From Sarea resinae (lineage: Eukaryota), in NCBI GenBank assembly GCA_026026165.1, contig JAPEUD010000011.1, forward strand, positions 372,001 to 436,000: a stretch of 64,000 nt of DNA, given 5' to 3'. The position numbers were made by a program, and so were the translations under genes. The notes beneath the pieces are model-generated. The model was not told the DNA's origin, made no database searches, and saw only the letters and a list, made by a program, of their open reading frames with translations. This document shows, piece by piece, positions 34,597 through 47,043 of this stretch (positions within the stretch are counted from its first letter, which is position 1; each line of letters starts with the position of its first letter).

Positions 34597-36364
34597 TCAA
34601 TAAATCGCCGTGGGCTTCCAACCTACCTGCACTACCCTGGCCGCCGAGAAGGATACCAATCCCATTGTATAGCAGAGGCCTGTGAACAGGATGAGCCCCC
34701 AGTATCGCCCATTTGTAGCAGACAAGATAGCTCCGGCGATGGGGATGCCTGTGAGTGTACTGGAGCAACCAAAGACCATACTGTCAGTCGCAAGCTGAAT
34801 AGGTTGACGATGACGACAAGAAGCTGAAGCGTAACTCACCCAAAGCTGACGACCGTATAACATGTTGCGTAATAGCGGCCGTACTCGGCAGTCCGACACA
34901 GCTGCCCGACACAAGCAGGGGTCAAGCTAATATTGCTGCCGCTCGCGAACCCAAACACAACCGCATACACAATGATGAGGGCCACGGAGTCCCGAGCTGG
35001 CAACCACAGCGCAAAGGTAGATAGTACGCACAGACTCACAGTCAGCATCATCGTATTGAAGCGTCCGAGACGGTCAGCGGCGTGCCCTGGGAGCCACCGG
35101 CCAAAGCAAGAACCGGCGTTTAGAACGGCAAGGAGCTGATATGACAATGCAGGATTGACGGCGTGCGAGAGAGCGTAGGTGCTGATGTAGGTTAGGGGAA
35201 TAAAGAGGCCCCACTCGATGAAGAAAACGCCCGCTGTCGTGAGTGCGAAAGGTGCAGAAGCAAGGATGCGAAAATCAGGGAGGAATGCCGCCCACTTCTG
35301 GAGCCTGGCTGGCTTATTCTTACCAGTCCTTCCCTCTTCTGCAACCTTCAAGGGGCTCGAGGCAGGTGGGAGTCGAGATCGAATTAAGAGGTTGGCGAGA
35401 ATCACGAGTAATATGAAGATGAACCCCATGCAGCGCGTACTCCACGCGAAACCAATTTTGGGGATCAGCGATTGAAGCATTAGTGGAAAGATGACGCCGC
35501 CCAGCGATCCACCTGTTGCAGCCAGGCCTGTGGCGTAAGCTCGACGAGTGAGGAAGAAATGGCCAATAGCGCCAACAGCAGGTGTGAAGATTAAAGATGT
35601 GCCTACGCCTCCGAGGATGCCCCAGACGATTATGAAATGCCAGTAGGCTAGAACTTTGAGTCAGCGTGTTGATGCCGAAACACAACTCCTCCCATGGGTA
35701 GCGTTGTCAACAAACGGGTTTGTCGATGATGACGATAATCACAAGCTGTGCTCAATACCAACATCGGTATAGAGCGAAGAAGCTGCAAAACACGGAAATA
35801 AGGAGCCCTCATACCTGTGCAAACTCCTAGTAGCATCATGCTCGCCACGACCAAGATGCTGCCAACGAAAACGAGAGCTCTCGGTCCTTTGGCATCAAAT
35901 ATAGGTCCAATCTGAATGCCACAAAAAAAGGACAAGAAAACATAGACACTAAAGATCCAGCCCACGTCGCCCTCGCTATAGTTTTTCAATTGATGTGTGC
36001 CAAGGTATGCTTGAAACGTGCCGCAAGTATTCATCATGCCAAAACTTGCCAGCATGCCACAAAAAGAACCAAATACGACGGACCAAGCTTTGAGGCCGCC
36101 TTCCGGGTAATCGGTCTCGTCGTCTTTGGACGAGGGACTTGGAGAGGGCGAGGAGCTGATATCGAGTCCTGTATCTTTGGCGGTATTGTCATTGGGCGCA
36201 TTCCCAGGGTCTTCGACGGCAGCATTGCCATTCTTTTCGGCCAGCATTCGATGGGACTTTACATGACCATTTTCGTGTAAAGACAGGCCTGTACTGCTAG
36301 CCTCAGTGGTGGTGGTTATCGGTTCTCCATGATCAGTCTGCTGGTCGCAGTGAGACTCTGGCAT
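34597..36364 (-). CDS. MFS monocarboxylate-porter family transporter (Mch-like), 2 introns
   Basis: [43 protein letters not shown]; multiple TM segments. Confidence 0.92.
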
Positions 36365-37467
36365 TGATATGCGCCTCGGAATGTACTGAAGGACAATGTA
36401 TGGGAATCTAGTCAAGGACTTCACGGGAGACGCAGATAACGCAGATGATGCAGATGGACGGATCCTGCTTGACGATCGTTAGAGAAAAGGCTTTCGTTAG
36501 CTCGAACTGAAGCGGAACATTGTTTTCGGAGACAAGATGGATGGGCTCTCTCGAGCATCCCCACAATCCATGGCCGCGGAGACAACTGGCACTCATCAGA
36601 GCGCTTCGGCTTCCAAACACAATGGAGAACTACGTAGAGAAACGGCGGTGGCCGGCCTCGAATGGCAACGTGAATCATGTGGGGTTGAGGGGCTGGAGCA
36701 TGGATGATGGCGGGCGGGGTTTCACGATTGCCCAAGGTACAGCGTAGGTACCCGAGTCGGGTAGATTCGAGACGGCCGTGTACGTTGTAATCAATTTCCT
36801 TATCAAATTCCTTGGTACGAAGATCTCATCTCAGCCACCGTCGTTGCCGATTCAGTATCAAGTACGTCCTTGGTCTTAGATTTGCTGCGGTGCATCTTAA
36901 TAGTATATTGCTTTCCAGCCAGACCTTGGGACTCATTGCTTGCCCCTACTCCGCCGCGTGAACCCTATTGCTTTCTATCTAGATCGAGATGATATCCCAG
37001 CTGGCCATCATGATCCGTGAAGACATAGAAAACCACCTGCGACCACTGCTTAAAAGAAAGGGACCTCTGATTGAAAAGTTTGTTCACAAGATCGAAACAC
37101 CGTGCAAACCGTAGCCTGAGTGACCAACCATCCTATGCTTTTCCATCCATATTGTTACGGAACGCCATCCGCCCATATAAAGACCGCCCGAGGAGCACCT
37201 CATGAAGCAGAAAGACCCTAGACTATATTTGACTCGAAAGTGAAGAAGACAATGAGCCGAGAAATGTTCAGAGAAAATGAAAGAGCATGGGATTTGTCAC
37301 GTGTCAAAATGGGCGCCGACAGCTCCTGTCGACTGCTGGGACATGGTAAAAGGAAGCCACAGGATGAATGAGGATCGGTCTCTTGACATGACCCCTCGGC
37401 AGCGAGCAGTAGCATAGTCTTGCGAGAGAGTATGATGAACGATATCGACGATGCCGATTATGAGTGC

Positions 37468-40400
37468 TCAGGGATTCGGAAGCGAGAAAGGTGAGACTGC
37501 TGGAGAATCGCCTGCGGGAGCCGCAAGGCCAGGCTTGTGGAGTTCAGCCGAACCATCAACCTCTTCGACTTCTGGTATGGTAGGACAATAGGTCTTCAAG
37601 ACCTGTTTCAATGCGGGACGGCGAATCGGCTTAGCCAAGAAATAATCCATGCCAGAGTCCATGCATTCCTTAACGTTACTTTCTTCAGCAAATGCGGATA
37701 ACGCCACGATCGGTGCAGAATAGCCTATTTCTCGTATTAATCGAGTACTCTGGAGTCCGTCAAGGTTTGGCATCTGTGATGATTAGCGGGGCGTTTGCAG
37801 ACCGCATGCGATTGACTGACCTGAATATCCATAAAGATAAGGTTGTACAGTTGACCTTGATTCATGCTCTCCTTGACCATGTCCAAGGCCTCTTGGCCGT
37901 CCTTGGCGACAGTAACGTCTGTGGATTATCGTCAGCGATAGTCACTTTCATTTGTAATAGAAGTGGACTAACCGTAGATGTCCTCAAGTTTCAGCATTCG
38001 CAGGACGACTTCCTGATTGACTTTGTTATCTTCGGCAACAAGTACTCTGATGCGGTCTCCTCGCTTCGTCGCCTCTGCCGCAACTCGCTCCATGGCTGCC
38101 ATTTGCTGTTTTGGGGTATCCATGGGTGTGTCAGAAGCAAAGAAAGGTTGACTGAGACCAACGAGACGCGGCTTGGGATCCGAAGTAACTGCATTGGAGT
38201 TCGCGTTGCCATGAGTCGACGAAACCGAGACGACAGACCTTCCATCATCTGCTTCCACCTTCAGCATCGAGGATTCATTAGCTATGCTATTTCGACTTGA
38301 GTCAAGGTTGATGCTCGAACTCCTGGTGCTCGTTGTGCGATCTCGAGTGTATTTCAAGGGTATTCGCAGACTGAAAGTGCTTCCAGCGCCAACTTGACTG
38401 TGAAGAGTAATGGTGCCTTTCATGAGGCCCGCAAGCTGTGTGCAGATGCTGAGGCCGAGTCCTGTGCCACCGAATTTCCGGCTGAGTCCGAGATCGCCCT
38501 GGACAAATGGCTCGAAAACTCGCTGCTGCAGATGCTCTGGGATGCCAGGACCGGTGTCCTCAACCTCGAACTCAAACATCAGGCTCCGCGCGTCTGCTGG
38601 GGGAGGTGACGAGGTACGCTCCTCAACCATGACATGCGAGGCCTGTTTCGAATTATGTGCGCGATCGAGGGCAGCCGCGACATCTATGATTTTTTCTGCG
38701 TCGGATACCGAGGTGCTAGTGGCGGAGCCCATCCTAGAGCGATTTCTCGATTGTCTAGAGTCTCGAGCGGACCACTGTCTTGACAGCCTCGATTGTATTG
38801 AGGCCTTGCGACTGTTTGGCTGTTCTTCAACCTCTCCCAGGTATTTAATTCGTAGGGCGACAGAACCTCCAGGAGGCGTAAATTTCAGACTGTTGCTGAC
38901 CAGATTGATGATCACTTGTAATATTCTGTGTTGATCACCCCATAGGCACATGTCCTTCACTCTGCCAGATCCGCGACTGTAATCTTTTTCTCCCAGCATG
39001 CTCTGAGACGGTTCAAACGGGCCCTGAAAGCTCACTTTCACGTCTATATTACCTTCCTGTGCCTGTTTGTCAAAGATTGAGAGTACTTGGGTACTAATGT
39101 CTGCCAGCCGGAATTCTTTCTCATCTAAGCTGAGTTGTTGACCAATTTGGTTCTTACTGAAAGTCAACAGATCTTGCAAGAGATGGAGCAGGAGGTCTCC
39201 GGACTTGTAGATGATGCCTAGAGATCGTTTGATCTTCGTCTGGTCCTCTTCCTGCATGCAGACAGCACACATACCCAAGATTCCGTTCAACGGGGTTTTC
39301 AGTTCATGACTGCACCAAAGAAAGATTAAATTGACGGTCTGATGACTATTGAACATCATGCAAGACTTACCTAAGATTTGCAATGAAAAGTGTCTTGCTC
39401 TCGTTAGCTGCCTCGGCAGCCTTTTTACTTATCTCCAATTCCTGTGTACGTTCTTTGACCCTTTCTTCAAGGCGCTCGTACTGCATCATGAGCTCATCTG
39501 ACATTTCGTTGAAAGTCTCGGTCAAGTCTGTAAGTTCGTCCTTGACAGCATGCTTTCGTTCCGGGACCTTCCCTGGTATTCGGAACACATGTTTTCGACG
39601 CTCTGCTTTGCGCTGCGCTCTAGGTTTGCGAGCATCTTTACGCCATGCTAAGAGGCCAGCCAAAAGGCCTTCCTGCTTCAATTTCTCTCCGATCGCTGTC
39701 TCGTCACCTGAATGTGGTTCCCCATCTGAATTGGTGGTGCGTAGGCTCGAGTGATCTGGTGTATAGCAAGCGGGACCAACTGTTCTCTTGGTCGCTTCTC
39801 TAAGCTGTCTAATCGGTCGAACAGATAAATGCGCGATAGGAAGAACGAGCACGAGAATGCCTCCAGCTGTCCCGAACACACAGGCGACGAGGGTGTTCCG
39901 CAAATGATGGATAGGGGCAAAGACTGCAGCGCGCGAATGCTCAACCAAGAGAGCCCAATCACAGAAAGAAACCTGAGGCAAGGCGTAACCAACAGAAACA
40001 CTCTTGTTGATCTCATTCATCGTAGATATAAGGCTGCCTGCGTTGTTGAGGTCCCCACTTTCGCGACTGAAAGCATCGAGCGCGGCAGGGTAGCCATGAA
40101 GTTGAAAGGGAGGGGGTGATGGATCGTGTCTCTTACCCCGAGACACATTTTGAGAAGGGGGTAAGAGAAATCGCACCTCTTGGTGGTATGCAGATGAGAT
40201 TTTGTCTGGATGCCGACTGTTGAAAGTCACACCTGGAGGGAAACGGTGATCTGGAGTGTTCGGTGTCACAAGAAGCACTATACCAGTGTCGTCTAAGCCG
40301 GTGAGTGAGTCGATGATATCGTAAATCATTCCAGCATTGATGATTACAGTAGCATAGCCAAGGACATCCGTTGCTGAAGTATTGTTGATGATGGGTAGTG

Positions 40401-41188
40401 TAAGTGACAAGAGGGCGAAAGAAGAGTTGATTTGCAACGGACCGAGGAGAAGAGTGGAATTGGGATATAGCGTAACAGTATTATTGAGGACGTGGGCGAG
40501 AGTCAGATTGTTCGTACTGTTGAGGACCACTGATGAGTAGGAAATATTAGGGTAGAGCTCTCTTGGGTAACCGGGGCCAACATCTCCCAGCCTCACGTTG
40601 GAGCCGTTCGGATAGCTATAGGGGAGCATAAGATCCCGAGGAATCGAGTCGCTCGTAACGTTGAGCAAGCCATACGGGCCACCCAATCCAGTGGCATTGT
40701 TGGGAAAAATTATCGCTTGGACGAGAGCGTTCTGACCGCCAGCCGCAAGCGCTGTTCCAAGATCAGTTACCGCACGAGACCAATTTGCGTCCGTGTTATT
40801 TCCTTCCCCGTATCTCTGCAGTGCATTTTGAAGCAGTACTCGACTCGCTATTGATTTGGCATTCGATTCGATAATAGACAGGCTGGAGGTCAGCTGAGCT
40901 GCCTTCAACGAGGCTGTGAGAGAAAGACTCGACGATCTTCGAAACCATACACCGTCAGCGCTTGGGCTATATCTCATGAAGACATGAAGAGCCATACCTA
41001 ATGTGTACCACGTAATTGTGATTGTTGACCCACTGCTCGGCGCAAAGATGGTCAGCATGGAACGATAGATGATGTGATGGGGAAACGAAAAGGAGCGCGC
41101 GCACTGTTACAATGGCAATCACAGCCAGCGCAATCAACGAGGTCAGCATCACTAGAAGACCCAGCTGCTCCCGAATTGGAATTCGCAT
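37468..41188 (-). CDS. SLN1: Transmembrane hybrid sensor histidine kinase (SLN1/TcsB type), 5 introns
   Basis: [12 protein letters not shown] start with TM; HAMP-like [14 protein letters not shown]-box [25 protein letters not shown] and GGTGLGLSI; receiver [22 protein letters not shown]. Confidence 0.93.
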
Positions 41189-43854
41189 CTTGGAAATAAT
41201 AACGGTGTCGATGGCCCCAAAGAGCCTTCGATCCTGGCCGTCTAAAGAAGTCCCGCACTGCTGATCTCCTCTCCGATCCTCTTTGCTCAACTGTCTCCCT
41301 CGCGCGACTCCTAGGAGCCCGGTCCCTTTGAGACCCGAGCAAACCGTCGGTTGCCCGGTCTGTCAATGAGGGTATTTGGAATGGTCCTGCGGTCTTCGAT
41401 CGGATCCCATCCTCGTGCGATGGCTGCGCCTTTTCTGCCGCCGTCGATCGCCTTTGAAGGTAGGACGAACTGGGTTGTCCGAGCAAGGTACAATACCACG
41501 GAAGCAGGATTCACTACGGGACGAGGCGGGAAGCCACAGAACGAGAGAAAGCCACCTCCTCAAGAGTGTCGAAGCTTGTCGGCGAGAATAAAGAATGGGA
41601 TCTGAGCTACGTTCTCTCGACTGCTCTTAGCAGTGGCACAGTTGTCCGAATAAAAGTCGAACGGACGACGTTCGGTTGGATGTTGGACTGTCGGGTGGAA
41701 TAGCTGGACGCAATAGCTGGGCGTGGCGTGGGTGCCATGCCCTTCCACGACGACCAGAAACGACCACCTACTGCGCAGTAGCTTAAGAGGGTGTTTGAAG
41801 AGTACGACGGAGGTATTCTACAGCCATTCTTTCCACGGAAGCTACCTCCCTACCTTACCTTGCCTTGCCTGCACTGCACTGGACTGCCCGAACGCCTGAA
41901 CGCCTGGATGCCTGGACGCCTGAACTCTGTACGGCGAACGAACGGACCGGAGCACAAGCTACTCTAGAGTGCTAGGACAAGCCAAGGCAGGTTAGTACCT
42001 ACTGCGTAAGGTAGGCATGGATCGGATTTTGCAGGGAAACAAGGGACCGAGACATGGAAGACCGACATGGCCTACTTGGTGCGCGTATGGCATTCTCTCC
42101 CTTTCGCCCATGAAGAGCTTAGCAGATACAGAGCCAGGGAAGGTAGCGTGGGGATTCAGCCAAGGTACCTAATCGACTACTAAGGTACCTAATGTACGTG
42201 CTCGATACTAGGCCGGTACAGCCAGAGACCTCTGGGCGGGGGAAGATAGCGGGTACCAGTACTCGAGCACACGCGGATAAGGGCCGCGAGAGGCATGGTC
42301 GCCAGGTACCAGAAGACGGCCAGAGAGAGGATCCTGACAGGTAGCGCTACCCGGTCGAATGGCCTTACTGCGTAGCGGGGAACATCGTTCGAGTCGCCCC
42401 GGGGCCAGACCGCCAACCGACAGGGTAAGGACCTAACACTAAAAGCCCTCTTTTCAGTCTTCTCAGCCGATGCAGATGTACCATTTCCCTTTCGAGCAAG
42501 CCAATCTCCTCGTCCATGGTGAGACTCCAGACTCCTCCAGGATCTAGAAGATGCATCCATTCGAGTGTCGACCACCCGCGAGCGGAAGATTTGAAGATGG
42601 CCACATGAATAATGTCACCATTGTTTCATCAGCTCTTCACCAGATCTCAGACGTCTCTGCTTACATGCCTACCTACTACCTTACCTACTAACCTTGCAGT
42701 GAAGGTCGTACATCTCCAGATTCTCCGACTTTACCTCTCATAGTAGTGCTACCCCAGCCCTGCCTCCGAGCTTGAATCTCTGAGTTCTCCCAAGTCCGAG
42801 TACTTTGCGATTTCACTTTGGAGTGATCAGGTGAATTTACCTTGCGGCGGATTTCAGAGCTCCCCGATAGGGCAGACGGCACAGCGAGGCCGCCCGTGAT
42901 ATGTCTAGCACATCCCATTGTTCATCATCATCGTCATCTTCTTCTTCTTCCTCTTCCCCCCCCTCCTCCTTCCTCTTCCTTCCTCAGACAGTCAGTAAGT
43001 GAGGTCCCAATCAAAGGGACTCCTAAACATCTCACTCCATAGTACTCAAGGTGTGTCATAAGGTGTCACCTACTTCAGCACCATTGAGGCCGTCTGGAGC
43101 AGCAGGAGCTGGAGTCCTCTCGCCTGCAGCTTTACTCGGTACCCGACCCAAAAGCCAATGCCTCCAGGCTATTCGGTACCATTGGCCAAGACCTTGCCGG
43201 TTACCTTGTGCATTTCTTGCACCTCCAGGGCGCTTGTAACTTCGTACCAATCGTTGATCAAATCCACCAAATGCTCCCTGCATGTAGCAGCCCTGTCAAC
43301 CGATGGCCAAGGCCATTCAGTGCCTTCTCCACGCCAAAGCCCGAGGATCGCGGGGCGGGAGAGTCGCGATAAACGCGTGCAGCACAGGCTCTCTTGCAGC
43401 GACCGACATTTCTTTACCTTCGTTGAGCGTTGGCCGTATCTCTTGAAACGCTTCCTTTGACTCATACGTCGATCGTATGTTGACCATGATAGCGATGGCA
43501 GGAAGGGCGCTGGATTCCCTTGGTTTCGGATCCAAACGTATCAACTCATGTATTTAAACAGAAGGTCATGAGGGGATCAATCGGATCAGTCGTAAAGGCT
43601 CACGATCAATCTCACGACTCAAGCAATTTTCAGCATCGGTTACGATTTTCGCTGGCCGAAAATCCGTGCTCCATACTTAATCCATCTCAACTCATTCAAA
43701 GTTCTAATTGACTGAAACCGTTGCTTTTGGAGAGCGAAAATACCTTGTCGCCGCACTTGCGTTGGATACTCAATGTAATCTTTCACTGCTCTAGATCGCT
43801 CAGGCGACTATCATATGCCAATTCATCTGGATAGTGCTAAACCAGACCGGTGCC

Positions 43855-45204
43855 ATGCAGATTCTATCGGCCATGTCGAAGACTCCAGCCTTCTGCAAGC
43901 TTTTGCGGATTTTGGAGATTCGGACAAGCATTGCCTCTTGTCTCTCGAAAAACGATCTTTGCTCCTTAAGCCTCGTTTGCAAGGAGAATAGCGCAGGGGT
44001 CGCTCCTCTGCTCTTTGAGACCATCACAGTCAATTTCTGTACCAGCACATTTACTAGGCCCGCACGCATGGCTGCCCTGGAGCGAATTGGTCATCACGTC
44101 AAAGCCTTTACTTTCGAGATGCCTCACTCCTCGAAGACGTTTCTTCCCCCACTTATTGATCCAGCGACGGGAAAGGAAAGAACTTTCATATATCGACCCG
44201 GGGCCTGTCAATCTCCCGGCAGCCAGCACCCGGCCAACCTGAAGTATGGCTCAAAAGACATCACGGATCTTCTGATAAGGCAATACCCCCCTCTATTTCA
44301 CGCAGCTACAAATGTCCGGGCATTTATCCAAGCGCTGAGTTCGATGCCTCGCATAAGCCATCTCAGAATCAGCTGCCCTGGTCAGGATCCTGCGCAACGA
44401 TATCGACGCAGCATTGTTGACTACGCGTTGATGAGCCTGCGAATTGCAGTGGAGCGCAGCCCTTTGTCGTCGCTCGATACCCTTTCTCTTGTGCATCTTC
44501 ACCCATCAGGAGCAGTTTACTTGGACCCGCGATCTGGCTTCGGCTCAATGCCTAATTCGACAAGGAGATGGAGGCAGATTCGAAATCTTAACATCTCGAT
44601 GACTAGCCCTTCCTTTGAATTTGAAGGGCCGAGGGACCACCTGAAGCTTCTGCATTCTTATATCCAGCTCTTCGCTGCATCACTCGCGAGTTTTTCCTTT
44701 CGTTGGGATGGCCAAAAAGGCCCGTGTCCGCTGTCGCTTGATAGTGAAGCCTGGATTCGGACCTCCAATCGAGTTACGACAACCAATAACGGGTCTGGAT
44801 TGCAAGCCCTCATATTTCCTTACCTTCGCTTCATGAAGCTTGAAAATGCCTCGATGAGTGTTTCTCAAGTCAGCACGTTTATCGAACGCCACAGCCACTC
44901 CCTTCGGGACTTCAATTTCGAGCACGTCTCTCTGCGAGACGGCTGCTGGAACGACGCTTTGGCTCCCTTGACGAAAATCAGTGGCGACGAGCAATGGAAG
45001 GAGCAGCAGGAGGAGCTAATGGACGTCCCAATCATGATGAAGAAGGCCGACTATGAGCTTGTCACGAGGAAAGAGCAGGTCAAGCCGAAAGAAACGAGGA
45101 GAAGAACGTCTAAAAGTCGAGTTTCACGTAGGGTCGATCTATTCAGAGAGAGTTCGGAGCACGTGAAGCGGTTTTTCAGGCACTCGGTCTTTAGCTGGAG
45201 ATAG
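43855..45204 (+). CDS. Fungal hypothetical protein (F-box/LRR-like architecture suspected)
   Basis: 450-aa ORF; DLCSLSLVCK then APLLFETITV; QYPPLFHAATN; YRRSIVDYALMSLRIAVE; 5' end uncertain. Confidence 0.78.
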   Translation: MQILSAMSKTPAFCKLLRILEIRTSIASCLSKNDLCSLSLVCKENSAGVAPLLFETITVNFCTSTFTRPARMAALERIGHHVKAFTFEMPHSSKTFLPPLIDPATGKERTFIYRPGACQSPGSQHPANLKYGSKDITDLLIRQYPPLFHAATNVRAFIQALSSMPRISHLRISCPGQDPAQRYRRSIVDYALMSLRIAVERSPLSSLDTLSLVHLHPSGAVYLDPRSGFGSMPNSTRRWRQIRNLNISMTSPSFEFEGPRDHLKLLHSYIQLFAASLASFSFRWDGQKGPCPLSLDSEAWIRTSNRVTTTNNGSGLQALIFPYLRFMKLENASMSVSQVSTFIERHSHSLRDFNFEHVSLRDGCWNDALAPLTKISGDEQWKEQQEELMDVPIMMKKADYELVTRKEQVKPKETRRRTSKSRVSRRVDLFRESSEHVKRFFRHSVFSWR

Positions 45205-45643
45205 AGTCATGACAATGGGTGTATCTGAAGGAATTACCATTATAGATCGCCCATTGCGAAAGTTTTGGCCATGTCCCTCCTCCAGACTGCCTTATGTACC
45301 AAACTCTAAAGTATAGATCGACGGTTGGTGCCTCGGCTGTTGCCGGTGCCGAGCTTGACCAAGCGTCGGCGGTCATTCACATGCATTCCCCGGACTTTCA
45401 GAAGTGCTCCAGCTATGATCCACCTGTACCGTATTCATCATCATCCCGCATTAGCTATCGTCTCCTAGAAGTCGCTGGAAGACATACATATGCCTTCATC
45501 CCACCATACCAGCAAGTATCATAACGAGATATACGACCAAGACCAACTCCGAGTAAGACTTGCGGTCAGCTTATAAATAACTCATCATCTCGCGTGCGCA
45601 CAACGATCACATCAGACGCTGCAGACGAGCGCTAGAACTCACC

Positions 45644-46152
45644 ATGTCTCTGAAGAACGGTATGGACGATCCTGAGCAATGGATGGAAAACGGCACTGAT
45701 TACATTCCGCAGACGCTTTTCCGTCATCGGCAGCCTTTGATCTCATCAATACATCACTTTCATCTGACGACGCCGACCGAAAAGACGCCATAAAGAAAGG
45801 CAAAGCCATCTTCGCATTCACTATCAAAAATAAAGAAGGGCAGACCGAGAGCTGGTATATTGATCTGAAGGAAAAGGGCGTTGTTGGGAAGGGACTAGCA
45901 CCGGATGGCAAGAAGAATGACGGTGAGCTTGGCATCATCCGACTTTGAAAATCCAAGACTAGCGACTGACTGATGATTGCCCTGACAGTGACTCTATCGC
46001 TCTCCGACGACGACTTTGCCAAGTTGGTCAGTGGGAAGGCGAATGCACAGAAGCTCTTCATGTCCGGCAAGCTAAAGGTCAAGGGGGACGTCATGAAGGC
46101 TACGAAGATGGAACCTATTTTGAAAAAGGCTCAGACAAAGGCGAAACTGTAG
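45644..46152 (+). CDS. SCP2 sterol-carrier / fatty-acid-binding protein with PTS1, 2 introns
   Basis: MSLKN/DAFPSSAAFD, ESWYIDLK, NAQKLFMSGKLKVKGDVMKA; ends AKL-stop. Confidence 0.93.
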
Positions 46153-47043
46153 ACCAGCACCTTGCACTACCACATAAAGCTCTCTGAATAGTGATCAAAT
46201 GACAAGTGACTCCACTCTCGATCGCAAGCTTTTGAGGAAGATCAACATATTACCTTACCTGTCTATCTCATAATCCATCCATGGATACCTAAGGTATCAT
46301 CAAAGTGTTCCCACCTTACGTGGTACTTGGTACTCTGTACCCTGCATCTACCGCAGAAAGATGCGACTTGCGGCGCAATCCCACCAGGAACGCAAGTACT
46401 CTTCGAGTTCCTTATACTCAAAGGTCCTCATCAGAGTATGGCCCTTAGCTAAGCTGGCGATAATTGGTCGCCGAGTCACGTGAGTGTCATCTTTCCTCAC
46501 TGCCAACTTGCACGGCAACCACTGCGCCAAAATTTCCCCTGTAGATGAAGAGTGACGACTTGTCGAGGCTGCTCTATCGAACGTCGGACGAAATCACTCC
46601 AACCAGCTCATCAAGCTTCTTCCTCCACCAGGACGTCGCCGATAGCTCATCCTCTTCAATCTCCTAGAGCCACCACTCTCGTCGAGTCACGCGACCTCGG
46701 AATAAACACATCTCTGTTCGGATGGCGCGAAAAGGCCCGAGGACTTTGTTGTCATAGACCGCTGCGCCGGTTCCTTCCCAAAGCGGCTACCACGACTTCC
46801 ACCTTACTTCGAAATAACAACAACCTTGAGATCGAGACTGTTTTGGTCGTCCTTCGTGTCATCACAACATCCTCTCGACATCGTCACAGTAGCATCGATT
46901 TCCATCGCTTCTTCGCCTCATTCATACACCTTCATATTCGCGCTCACGGTAGCAACTCGCGACGAAGATCTCTCTTCTCAAAGTCTCGACATTTGCATTT
47001 GATCATTCGTCACCCTCGACTTCGGTCGTAGGTCGTTCTGTCA

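Noticed and set aside
22253..36364. Reductase, hydrolase, transporter and TF as a biosynthetic gene cluster
   Set aside because: No PKS, NRPS or terpene backbone gene, and interleaved with housekeeping genes
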